From: Pseudomonadota bacterium
GTDB taxonomy: Bacteria; Pseudomonadota; Gammaproteobacteria; Acidiferrobacterales; UBA6901
Reading direction: 5' to 3'
Length of the DNA: 64,000 nt
NCBI GenBank assembly: GCA_021790335.1
Contig: JAJYEE010000001.1
Coordinates: 29,873 to 93,872 of the forward strand
In this document: piece after piece, positions 31,250 to 40,357 of the stretch
Layout: every line of letters begins with the position of its first letter
Position numbering within the stretch: the first letter of the stretch is position 1
The notes under the pieces: model-generated
Database searches by the model: none
Told to the model about the DNA's origin: nothing
The model's input: only the letters and a program-made list of their open reading frames with translations
Translations under genes and position numbers: made by a program

Positions 31250-33523
31250 ATGTTCGCCGTTTCTGATTTGTTTTCGTACCGAAAGTACTGGGCTGCACGC
31301 TTCGGCACCGCCCCCGTGCTTCCGACGTCGCATGCCGATATGGAGATGCTCGGCTGGGACAGCTGTGACATCGTCATCGTGACGGGCGACGCCTATGTCG
31401 ATCATCCGAGCTTCGGCATGGCGATCATCGGGCGTCTGCTGGAGGCGCAGGGTTTCCGCGTTGGCATTATTGCGCAGCCGGACTGGCGGAATAAGAACGC
31501 TTTTGAGGCGCTGGGGCGGCCCAGGCTGTTCTTTGGCATCACTGCCGGCAACATGGACTCGATGGTGAACCGCTATACAGCGGACCGCAGGATCCGTTCC
31601 GATGACGCCTATTCGCCGGGGGGCGGTGGTGGCAAACGCCCTGAGCGCGCTGTTATCGTGTATGCGCAGCGGGCTCGCGAAGCCTTCGGGGATGTGCCGA
31701 TTGTCATAGGCGGTATCGAGGCAAGCTTGCGCCGTATTGCGCACTATGATTACTGGTCCGACAAGGTACGTCGGTCTGTTTTGGTAGACGCCAAGGCGGA
31801 TATTTTGGTGTATGGCAATGGCGAGCGGCAAATCGTGGAAATCGCGCACAGGCTCGCGCGCGGCGAGCAGATCAGTGCGATCACCGATGTCCGCGGAACC
31901 GCATTTCTGCGAAAGGAAATTCCTGACGGATGGACCGAGGTTGATTCGACCAGCATCGACATTCCGGGACCGCTTGCTCCTCCGGCGAATCCCTATGCAT
32001 CGCAGGACACCTCCGATGCTGCCCGCCAGGACGTCATGCCCATGGCGTCCGCTCCCCTGCGTTTCGAGCGTAGTGCGATCCGGGTGAACCGAAGCAGCAG
32101 CGTTGTCAGACTGCCGGGGTTTGAACAAGTGGCGGGCGACAAGATACTGTACGCCCATGCATCGCGCATTCTGCATACCGAGTCCAACCCCGGCAATGCG
32201 CGTGCCCTGGTGCAGCGCCACGGTGATCGGGATCTTTGGCTCAACCCGCCAGCACTCCCGCTATCGACGCGCGAAATGGATCGTGTCTATGAATTGCCCT
32301 ACACTCGGCGGCCACATCCGTCCTATGGCAACCTGCAAATTCCTGCCTACGAGATGATCCGTTTTTCAATTACTATCCAGCGCGGCTGTTTCGGCGGATG
32401 CACATTCTGTTCGATCACGGAGCACGAGGGCCGGGTGATTCAGAGCCGTTCGGAAGAATCAGTGGTCCGTGAGATAGAATCCGTGCGCGATACCGTCCCC
32501 GGTTTCACCGGCATTATTTCGGACCTTGGCGGGCCAACCGCCAATATGTACCGCCTGCACTGCCGCAGTCAGGAGATCGAGTCGGCATGTCGCAGGCCAT
32601 CGTGCGTGTATCCCGGAATCTGCAAGAATCTGGACACAGACCATGCACCGCTAATTAGGCTGTATCGTCGGGCGCGCGCGGTGCCGGGCATCAAAAAGGT
32701 GCTTATTGCGTCCGGGGTACGCTATGATTTGGCGATCGAATCTCCGGAATACGTAAAGGAACTGGTTAGTCATCATGTCGGCGGTTACCTCAAGATTGCC
32801 CCGGAGCACCTGTGTGAGGGTCCATTGAGCAAGATGATGAAGCCGGGTATGGGCACCTACGACCGCTTTAAGGAGATGTTCGACCAGTATTCGAAAGAGG
32901 CGGGCAAGGAGCAGTATCTCATTCCGTATTTCATCGCCGCCCATCCGGGTACGACTGACCAGGACATGCTCGAGCTGGCGCTGTGGCTGAAGCGTAATGG
33001 ATTTCGTGCCGATCAGGTTCAGGCCTTTCTTCCGTCGCCCATGGCAACCGCCACGGCAATGTATCATTCAGGAAAAAATTCTCTGCGCAAGGTGACGCGC
33101 ACCAGCGAGGATGTGGTTATTCCCAAGGGGCTCAGGGCGCGCCGTCTGCACAAGGCGTTCCTGCGCTATCATGATCCGGACAATTGGCCGTTGCTGCGCG
33201 AGGCGCTACGACGCATGGGCAGGACGGACCTTATTGGCAGTGGAAAGCGTCAGCTCGTGCCCGCGACCCAGCCGTTTTCAACGGCCTCGAGGCAGACGGG
33301 CTCGCGGTCGGACAACCGGATACTGCACACGCCCGTGCGCAATACAGGTAGCCCAAATAAGGGTTCGTCAGGCGATAGGCAGGCGGCACGCTGTGGCAAG
33401 GGCGGGCGATTTCGTACCCAGCATACCGGGTTAGCGATGCGTCCTGCCACGGGTGCGACCGCAGGGCCACTGGCCGGTTCAAATCCGGGAAGCCCAACTG
33501 GCCGCGGCAGGCGCCGGCGCTGA
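31250..33523 (+). CDS. ygiQ: YgiQ-family radical SAM protein (UPF0313)
   Basis: N-terminus [26 protein letters not shown], radical-SAM cluster [25 protein letters not shown], and a basic Gly/Arg-rich tail. Confidence 0.9.
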   Translation: MFAVSDLFSYRKYWAARFGTAPVLPTSHADMEMLGWDSCDIVIVTGDAYVDHPSFGMAIIGRLLEAQGFRVGIIAQPDWRNKNAFEALGRPRLFFGITAGNMDSMVNRYTADRRIRSDDAYSPGGGGGKRPERAVIVYAQRAREAFGDVPIVIGGIEASLRRIAHYDYWSDKVRRSVLVDAKADILVYGNGERQIVEIAHRLARGEQISAITDVRGTAFLRKEIPDGWTEVDSTSIDIPGPLAPPANPYASQDTSDAARQDVMPMASAPLRFERSAIRVNRSSSVVRLPGFEQVAGDKILYAHASRILHTESNPGNARALVQRHGDRDLWLNPPALPLSTREMDRVYELPYTRRPHPSYGNLQIPAYEMIRFSITIQRGCFGGCTFCSITEHEGRVIQSRSEESVVREIESVRDTVPGFTGIISDLGGPTANMYRLHCRSQEIESACRRPSCVYPGICKNLDTDHAPLIRLYRRARAVPGIKKVLIASGVRYDLAIESPEYVKELVSHHVGGYLKIAPEHLCEGPLSKMMKPGMGTYDRFKEMFDQYSKEAGKEQYLIPYFIAAHPGTTDQDMLELALWLKRNGFRADQVQAFLPSPMATATAMYHSGKNSLRKVTRTSEDVVIPKGLRARRLHKAFLRYHDPDNWPLLREALRRMGRTDLIGSGKRQLVPATQPFSTASRQTGSRSDNRILHTPVRNTGSPNKGSSGDRQAARCGKGGRFRTQHTGLAMRPATGATAGPLAGSNPGSPTGRGRRRR

Positions 33524-34536
33524 ATGAACTCGCCCTGCATCACAAAAATTCGGTGTAACGCGGACAGTGTGGTTTAGGTGGCACACGCGGTGTCGGATTG
33601 AAACAGCTAGTCATTCCGATATTGAAGATCGAGGCAGCTTCCGGACCGGGACCAAACTCGTCGCGAGGAACGGGAAGGCGTCAGCGGACATGTTCGGGAT
33701 AGCAGCCGCGGATTCCCGTGTGCTGTTTAGAAGGGGGCTAGTCAAGGCACTGAGCCGATTGGAAGTTCGGCCCCATCGCTATCGTAATGCCCGCTGGTGA
33801 CGCCGGTATAGCGCGTCGCATTTTATGACGGGCCGCAGTCAAGAAGTGCCGAATCCTGAGCTGTTCCCCATGTACGCAATGAAGCCTGCGCAGACATGAA
33901 ACGTCACGTTCATGGAATTGAGGATACTCCTGTTCCGGCGCAGCATTCCCCGGCCCCAGGACAGAGATCAGCGCTTTCGCTTTTGCGTTTGACCTCCTTT
34001 CCCGAATCACAACTAGGGCGTCTGGACAGATTATCGTTGGAGCGCGCCTCAATTTGCTGCGCAATCCAGAAAACATGAATTTCGCGCTTAATATGAAAAA
34101 AGCGCAGCCCCGTGTTCTTAGCCTGCCGGATTTTCGTGGCATGTTCCGGACGGGATTTCCGGATTGCAGGTAGGTAGCGGTACCGTATCCTCTCCTGTCC
34201 TATTCCAGGAGTTGGGACGATAACAGGGTTAACAGCCAGTTGCCTCAAAAGGGCTGTCGCAAAACTTCGCTGCAGCATAGTTCGTCCGCGCAAGGCCGGT
34301 CACCGCTCATTCGGCTGTTGGCGTGGCACCGGAAATCTACACCAAAGATCTCCATAACCGGCTTTTCGGAGCGCGGCGCTTCCTGTTGGCCAATTTGCCG
34401 GAATTTCAGTGGGTATAGAGCATCAGTACCGGACCATTTCGCTTAATTGGAAAGAACACCTCCGCAACTGCAATGGTGCAAACCGTTCTAAATGCTGTGT
34501 CGACGTCCTGCATTGCCGCCCGATACAGTTGTATAC

Positions 34537-34818
34537 ATGGAAGGAAGGACCAGGAAGCTGCTGGCAAAGCGAGTCCGGCTGTTGCGCGTTGGACGCGGTT
34601 GGTCACAGGAGGCGTTGGCCGCAGCGAGCGGTTTGCACCGAAACTATATCGGTCACGTGGAGCGCGCGGAGTTGAACGTTGGCCTCGATAATCTCGAGAA
34701 AATCGCGTCCGCTCTGGGCGTTTCATTGTGTACCCTGCTGGAACCTGACGCGGCGAGTCTGGGTAACTTCATGACCAGCGCGGATGGCGACGGTAGCGAC
34801 GAGCTGGAGAGCAGCTGA
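34537..34818 (+). CDS. XRE-family helix-turn-helix transcriptional regulator
   Basis: LLAKRVRLLRVGRGWSQEALAAASGLHRNYIGHVERAELNVGLDNLEKIASALGV is a classic Cro/C1 HTH. ATG at 34537; the ORF opens at 34492. Confidence 0.8.
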   Translation: MEGRTRKLLAKRVRLLRVGRGWSQEALAAASGLHRNYIGHVERAELNVGLDNLEKIASALGVSLCTLLEPDAASLGNFMTSADGDGSDELESS

Positions 34819-35028
34819 ATGCTGATTCTATCGCGACGGCCTGGCGAAGCATTTCAGATCTTTCCAGGTCCACACCTGAACCCGGACACGACCGTGGCAA
34901 CCCTGTTCAGTCCTGCGCCCATAGAGGTCATTGTGACACGGGTTTCGGGTATGCAGGTACGACTTGGAATCAGCACGCACCCTCATTTGATTGTACTACG
35001 TCGCGAGCTGGCCCGACTCGGACCGTAA
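34819..35028 (+). CDS. divergent CsrA/RsmA-like small RNA-binding protein with a ~19-aa insertion
   Basis: MLILSRRPGEAFQI ... IEVIVTRVSGMQVRLGISTHPHLIVLRRELA, compared with E. coli CsrA MLILTRRVGETLMI...[30 protein letters not shown]. The ATG directly abuts the XRE TGA. Confidence 0.55.
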   Translation: MLILSRRPGEAFQIFPGPHLNPDTTVATLFSPAPIEVIVTRVSGMQVRLGISTHPHLIVLRRELARLGP

Positions 35029-35054
35029 CCGGGACCGCCACGAAGGAGAACAAT

Positions 35055-35693
35055 ATGTCGACGCAACCCGAAACATTTCCACCGCATGGCACTTTGCCGG
35101 CAGAGTTGCGCCAGAAATTCGGTGCGGAACTCGATGAGTGGTTCGCTACACAGTTCAGAGCGAACATGCAGCAATACGAAGAGAACAAGCCGAAGTCGAT
35201 GGCCATCATTGCCACCAAGGGAACCATGGACTGGGCCTACCCCCCGTTTATCCTGTCTTCGACCGCGGCTGCCCTTGGTTGGACCGCGTCGGTTTTCTTT
35301 ACGTTTTATGGCCTCACGCTACTCAAAAAGAAACTTGACCTGAAAGTCAGTCCGCTCGGCAATCCCGGAATGCCCATGAAAATGCCCTTTGGTCCGAAAT
35401 GGTTCAAAGGCATCAACTGGAATATTCCGAATGTCATGATGGCAAACATCCCAGGCTTTGAAAATGTCGCCACCGGATTGATGAAGAAAACTGTCAAGAA
35501 CAATGGCGTCGCTACCATATCGGAATTACGTAACATCTGTATTGAAAGCGGCGTAAACCTCATTGCCTGCCAAATGACGGTGGATCTCTTTGGATTTTCA
35601 CGGGACGACTTCATTCCAGAGGTAAAGGACTACATCGGCGCTGCGACATTTCTTGGAATTGCGCAAAAGGCCGACGTCACGGTATTCGTGTAA
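35055..35693 (+). CDS. DsrE/DsrF-like family protein (COG2210 / DsrE2-type sulfur-carrier-like)
   Basis: SMAIIATKGTMDWAYPPFILSSTAAALGW..FFTFYGLTLLKKK and C-terminal SELRNICIESGVNLIACQMTVDLFGFSRDDFIPEV..IGAATFLG match the pattern I know for this family, including the conserved Cys in ACQM. RBS GAAGGAG. Confidence 0.7.
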   Translation: MSTQPETFPPHGTLPAELRQKFGAELDEWFATQFRANMQQYEENKPKSMAIIATKGTMDWAYPPFILSSTAAALGWTASVFFTFYGLTLLKKKLDLKVSPLGNPGMPMKMPFGPKWFKGINWNIPNVMMANIPGFENVATGLMKKTVKNNGVATISELRNICIESGVNLIACQMTVDLFGFSRDDFIPEVKDYIGAATFLGIAQKADVTVFV

Positions 35694-35865
35694 AAATTGC
35701 TTAGAGAATCGGACGTTGCGTCGGAAAGAAATCCCGATATCGGGCGGTTGCCGCACCGACTCAGGTGTTCATTCCGATTGCAGGCAGAGACCGCAAGCAT
35801 GGCTCGGAAGCAATGACCTTGGGTGCCTATAAATTCGGCAATGGGAAGTCATCGCAATCCAAAAT

Positions 35866-36688
35866 GTGGGTTCACCCTATTCTGACCGGGATCTCCAGTC
35901 GCCACTGAATCAGGACAACCTGGAGTATCTGCGCTTCCTTGAGTTGCGTGTTAAAAATCATGAACTCTTCGATCACCTGTTTCTGAACCACCTGGCAACG
36001 GGAAAATACAAGCCAGAATCAGTACTTTTTATCCTGGTGCAGATTGGGAAAATGGTGATGCCGTTCGCCGGCATTCTGGCAACGCTTGTGGGTCAGGCCC
36101 CAGATATTGAAAGCCGGTTTGTTCTTTTCGATAGCATGTATGAAAAGATCGGGCGGGGAGATATCAAACAAACCACCCAATGCTGTACCAGAAAATGCTG
36201 ACGTCTTTCGGTGTTTCTTGGGTATTGTTTGATATGCAAAAGCCCATAACTTCGATCCGGATCCCGAATGATGCCCTGTATTGTGCGGTGTCACGCAAGC
36301 CGTTTACAGGGGCCGTGTATGGCTGAAATACGGCGGGAAGTTGACGATTCCCGACAATTTCCCCTATCTAGTGCGGGCTGCACGATGAGATTTTTCTGCA
36401 AACGTGCTCGATACGGAGTTCTGGAACCGGAACGGCACACGCGATCGAGGCCATGGCGACGATGCCACCACGCTTTTATCCGTGAACGTGACTTTTGATG
36501 ATCATGAGAATATCGAAGCGGCAGTCCTGGAATTATTGGAACTTCGCAAAACGATATGGGAGGAACTGCAATCCTGCGGTGACTCTGATCGACGGACGAT
36601 CGCTCACGGGGCGGGGATGCATCGAGATAGAGAACCGGAAGTCACGGCACGTACTGGTGAGGTTTTGGCAGGAGATGGGGCCGAATAA
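35866..36688 (+). pseudogene. frameshifted heme-oxygenase-like / iron-containing redox enzyme family gene
   Basis: Frame 1 (35866-36201) reads NHELFDHLFLNHLATGKYKPESVLFILVQ...FVLFDSMYEKIG. My translation of the next frame continues NHPMLYQKMLTSFGVS...ALYCAVSRKPFTGAVYG, then stops. A third frame (36404-36688) gives EFWNRNGTRDRGHGDDATTLL...AAVLELLELRKTIWEEL. At least two frameshifts are needed to join them. Confidence 0.45.
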
Positions 36689-37042
36689 TTGATCTCGTTG
36701 GCGCCCCTTGCCCAAATCCACGGATTGGGCCCCGGGTGATGTAAATCCTGCTGCTTAAGACGAGAAAAGCCGTGGCCTTCGCACAAGTCCGGCAGGCTCG
36801 AGTTTGCAATGACCCGACCAATCGACGTTACCATTATCTCCGTGGTTGAGGGGCATGGCATGTTGTGGCAAAGTCAGTCACCGGAAATGGCGGGTGACCG
36901 GTGACCAGGAGTCGGCCAGAACCTCCCGGCGGAGCAGTCGCCAGGACTGCAAACGCAAGGGCCTGGGCCGGTGACAGTTTGCTGGCCAATGAAGGCGCGC
37001 CGCTGCTATTTCTGATGTTCAGCGGGTATTTTGGAGGATATT

Positions 37043-37231
37043 ATGCCAACGGATCCAGTGTGCGGCATGGTGGTTGACGAGAAACGGGCAGCGGCCAGGG
37101 CTGAGTATCAGGGCAGGACCTATTATTTCTGCTCACCCGGTTGCCATAAGGCGTTCACGGCAGATCCTGTGAAGTTCGCGAGCGGTGTACGACGCGGTGG
37201 CGAGTTCGGGCGCGGGGCGAAAAGGCCTTAA
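37043..37231 (+). CDS. YHS-domain metal-binding protein
   Basis: MPTDPVCGMVVDEKRAAARAEYQGRTYYFCSPGCHKAF. RBS GGAGGA 4 nt upstream of the ATG at 37043. Confidence 0.8.
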   Translation: MPTDPVCGMVVDEKRAAARAEYQGRTYYFCSPGCHKAFTADPVKFASGVRRGGEFGRGAKRP

Positions 37232-37596
37232 TCTCCGGCGATTCGGATGCGCCGGGCAGAAGCCAAGGGTTTTTCGTCTTGCACCGGGTTGTCGATTTGT
37301 CCGGTCCTCACGGATGGGATCGCTGTCACGTCGGGCTAAGCGATGCCAAGTGTTCTAGATTCGTGGTCCCAGCCCAGGATACCCGCAGATCGTCCGGGGA
37401 GCCTTATGGATGGTGCGGCGCCGGTCGCAAGCGAATCGATGTCGCGACCAGCGCCGCCCTTTGTGAAAACATGTGACGATGGGCATGGCGCTTCACCGCC
37501 ACGCAGGCAGGTAAAGACGCAGTCCTCGAAAGCGGCAATGTCTGTGTGTCGATGGCTGTCGGCTATCGCTCGGCAGTCCTGTACCAGAGCCGGGAA

Positions 37597-37824
37597 TCAC
37601 TGGAGCATTTTGCTCGATGTGGGCTGCACCTGTTCCAGGGTCATTTTGGCGAGTTGTTCCAGGGTTGCCGTATCGGGGATCTCCTGGATGTTTGTGAACC
37701 ACACATTTTCCACATGGCAGTCATCGTCATCCGATTCCGCGATGACCAAAGGCCGCCCGATGAATACACCCCGTTGACCGTTCTCCAAATCAATAATGAC
37801 CATCTGCAGCGGCAACATTTTCAT
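37597..37824 (-). CDS. hypothetical small acidic protein (75 aa)
   Basis: Strong RBS on the minus strand (acccGGAGGttgtgccATG). Product MKMLPLQMVIIDLENGQRGVFIGRPLVIAESDDDDCHVENVWF... I recognise no family. Confidence 0.45.
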   Translation of the reverse strand: MKMLPLQMVIIDLENGQRGVFIGRPLVIAESDDDDCHVENVWFTNIQEIPDTATLEQLAKMTLEQVQPTSSKMLQ

Positions 37825-38145
37825 GGCACAACCTCCGGGTACGGGTGCTCGTTATGAATCCGCCCGCCGCCGCCCGTTATGGACGATCAGCAATGGGGTC
37901 GGTTGAAAACGGTGCTCCTTTCTCAGATTAAAGCACAATTTATGCCACTGACCAGTGCGCACTCGGATTGCCGTATGATATCGGTGCTCTGCTCTATGCC
38001 GGTGCCGTGCGTACCAGACGTCGGAAAGCGCCGCTAATCACAATGTCAGCCCAGGGTCCGGAGGGTAAACGCGTCGCCTGGCTGCATGCAGGCGGGCTGG
38101 ATTGAGTCGGTATCGGCTGCTTCCGATGGGCTCGGTTTGCCTGTC

Positions 38146-39003
38146 ATGAGCGCCCGGCTCCCTGCCATTCAGGTGCACGGTGGTGCTGGCTGGCACCCAC
38201 GACGCGGTGCGCGTGCGCTGGTGGGCTGTCAGGAGGCTGCGATGGCCGCCTGGGACATCCTGAGACGCGGCGGCACAGCCCTGGATGCGGTCGAGGCGGC
38301 GGTAGTCATTCTTGAAGACAATCCATCCTTTAATGCCGGAACCGGCGCGGTGCTAAATGCCGAAGGTCACGTGGAGCTGGACGCGGCGATCATGGATGGT
38401 GGTAGCATGCGGGCTGGAGCGGTCGCCGCCGTAAGGCATATCCGGAACCCCGTGGCCTTGGCGCGCCGCATTCTCGAGGACGGGCGCCATCTGCTGCTTG
38501 TCGGTGACGGTGCGGTCCGTTACGCCAGGAAATTGGGGATACGAAGCTGCAGCGAAGCATCGCTGGTTGTGACACAGCAGCTGCGTCGTTGGCAGGCAGC
38601 AGTGGGAACTGTGGGTGCGGTGGCCGCGGATGTCCGAGGAGTGGTCGCGGCGGCGACTTCGACGGGCGGCACGTTTGGCAAGTTGCCGGGGCGTGTCGGT
38701 GACACGCCGCTGATTGGCTGCGGGACCTTTGCCGACGCCATGGGCGCTGCATCTTGTACCGGAGTCGGTGAGGCGATCATCCGGGTCGTCATGGGCAAAT
38801 CCGCGGTGGACCTGCTTCAGGGAAGGACTGGTCCCCAGTCTGCTGCGCGGCAAGCGATTGCGCTGCTGCAGCGCGTTACGCAGTCCCAGGGTGGTGTGAT
38901 CGTTGTCGACAGGCAAGGACGGTTCGGCCGTGCGCACAACACAAAATCGATGCCCGTCTGTTTCGTGGGTGGCATGCGGGGCCGGCCGATCAGTGTCAGC
39001 TGA
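38146..39003 (+). CDS. isoaspartyl peptidase / L-asparaginase (Ntn hydrolase)
   Basis: IQVHGGAG, FNAGTGAVLNAEGHVELDAAIMDG, autoprocessing site GTVGAVAAD, ATSTGG. The ORF opens at 38086. Confidence 0.85.
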   Translation: MSARLPAIQVHGGAGWHPRRGARALVGCQEAAMAAWDILRRGGTALDAVEAAVVILEDNPSFNAGTGAVLNAEGHVELDAAIMDGGSMRAGAVAAVRHIRNPVALARRILEDGRHLLLVGDGAVRYARKLGIRSCSEASLVVTQQLRRWQAAVGTVGAVAADVRGVVAAATSTGGTFGKLPGRVGDTPLIGCGTFADAMGAASCTGVGEAIIRVVMGKSAVDLLQGRTGPQSAARQAIALLQRVTQSQGGVIVVDRQGRFGRAHNTKSMPVCFVGGMRGRPISVS

Positions 39004-39014
39004 TAGCCGGCACC

Positions 39015-39791
39015 TCAGTCCTTCGGCATCTTGCGCAGAAGTTCGCGCTCCAGCGCAGCCACGAAATGCTCGATTATTTTTTCCTGAGCGCGCCCAAGGT
39101 CGACATAACGTCCGCCGATTCGCAGTGCATGACGGCGTTCGTCATGACTGACATAGCGGATTTCCAGCCCACAGGTGATCTCACGTCCTTTCGGCAAACG
39201 GATGTTGCACCGCTCGAATACCGAGCCTTGGTGCAGCTCTGCTATGCTTCCAGCCCGAACAAGCGCACCAACACCACCGATGGAAATATCGTATAATGTA
39301 CCACCCAGTTCTGCGATATGCCGGTTTCCAAGACCTATCGGCACCGGAATAGCCATGCCCACGCGGGCCCGAAAGTTGGCGCGTCGCTGCCGGTAGTTGA
39401 CTAGGGTCGGCATAGGCAGCCTGTAGAAGGCGATTCCGTCCTTTTCGCCGGCTTCCTGAAGTGCGCCGGCGAAGCTGATGTCAACGCCGCGCAGGCGCGC
39501 ATGCGCATGCAGTGCCCGGCTTTGCAACAGGCGCATATGGCCTTCAACAGGTGTCAATTCGTCGAGCAGCACGTAACCGAACTCGGCGTCGACCTCCACG
39601 ATCGCACTGTTGTACAGCTCGTCTGATCCAGCTACGGTGACGCTCAGCAGGGAGCGGGTTTCCTGGAGGCGGCGCAGCAGGTTCGCGATCTGCGGTGCAA
39701 AGGAGATCCTCTCAATCTCAGGTGAGTACTCCTGGAAGGGATCTGGCAGCTCGTCGATCAAGGTGGTTCCAGTGTGATCAGCAGCATCCAT
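39015..39791 (-). CDS. ycgR: flagellar brake protein YcgR/FlgZ (PilZN + PilZ)
   Basis: C-terminal PilZ with QRRANFR (RxxxR) and DISIGG (DxSxxG), plus an N-terminal YcgR-like domain. It sits directly downstream of flgN, as flgZ does in Pseudomonas. Confidence 0.8.
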   Translation of the reverse strand: MDAADHTGTTLIDELPDPFQEYSPEIERISFAPQIANLLRRLQETRSLLSVTVAGSDELYNSAIVEVDAEFGYVLLDELTPVEGHMRLLQSRALHAHARLRGVDISFAGALQEAGEKDGIAFYRLPMPTLVNYRQRRANFRARVGMAIPVPIGLGNRHIAELGGTLYDISIGGVGALVRAGSIAELHQGSVFERCNIRLPKGREITCGLEIRYVSHDERRHALRIGGRYVDLGRAQEKIIEHFVAALERELLRKMPKD

Positions 39792-39875
39792 GCACTCGAA
39801 ACACAGCGCATGCCGGTGGTCGGCTCCTTGTGGCAGACCGAGTACGGCCAGGATGGCCTTATCTCATTTCTGTCA

Positions 39876-40352
39876 TCATGCTGTGGTGATCGGGCGTGAC
39901 GCACCGGGCGCCTGAGTTGACCCGCGCGGATCGTAAAGTCCGGAATCGAATTCAGTCCCGCGGAGAATGCATAGCGCATCATGAATACGGCGACGGTTGA
40001 CATCAATCACACGGCCATTGATCTGGTTCTGCTGCTGGCACTTGCGCAGCATGACAGTAAAGTCCTGCCACAGGCGCAAAATCCGGCGGTCGGGTGTGTT
40101 GTCGGCCTGGCTCAGCCACTCTCGCATACCTGCCGTGTCGTCAGCGTAGCCGGCGGTACGCAGCGTTACCGCACGCCGGGCCGACTCATCTTCGAGCCTA
40201 ACGATAAGTTCGCGCTTGCGAGCAACGATTTCCTCGATCGTGACGGCATCGGGCCTGGATAGCGCCCTAAATTCCTCCTGCAATGTGGCCAGAAGCAGCG
40301 CGGTATCGCGTAGTGCAGCCTCGAACAGTTCGGATAAGCCGGGTTGTGTCAT
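39876..40352 (-). CDS. flgN: flagellar export chaperone FlgN
   Basis: 158-aa helical protein 5 nt downstream of flgM. LLATLQEEFRALSRPDAVTIEEIVARKRELIVRLE and QQNQINGRVI are typical FlgN features. Confidence 0.8.
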   Translation of the reverse strand: MTQPGLSELFEAALRDTALLLATLQEEFRALSRPDAVTIEEIVARKRELIVRLEDESARRAVTLRTAGYADDTAGMREWLSQADNTPDRRILRLWQDFTVMLRKCQQQNQINGRVIDVNRRRIHDALCILRGTEFDSGLYDPRGSTQAPGASRPITTA

Positions 40353-40357
40353 GCAGG

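Noticed and set aside
31241-32221. 326-aa minus-strand ORF
   Set aside because: It is antisense to ygiQ, which carries the radical-SAM CxxxCxxC cluster.
33475-33492. tRNA T-arm-like sequence CCGGTTCAAATCCGG at the edge of the accessory stretch, considered as a possible att remnant of a tRNA-targeting island
   Set aside because: It lies inside the ygiQ reading frame (..AGSNPGS..). It has only a 4-bp stem and no acceptor-stem or CCA context, and no matching repeat occurs at the other border. A similar GGTTCCGAATCGG at 10983-10995 was also rejected.
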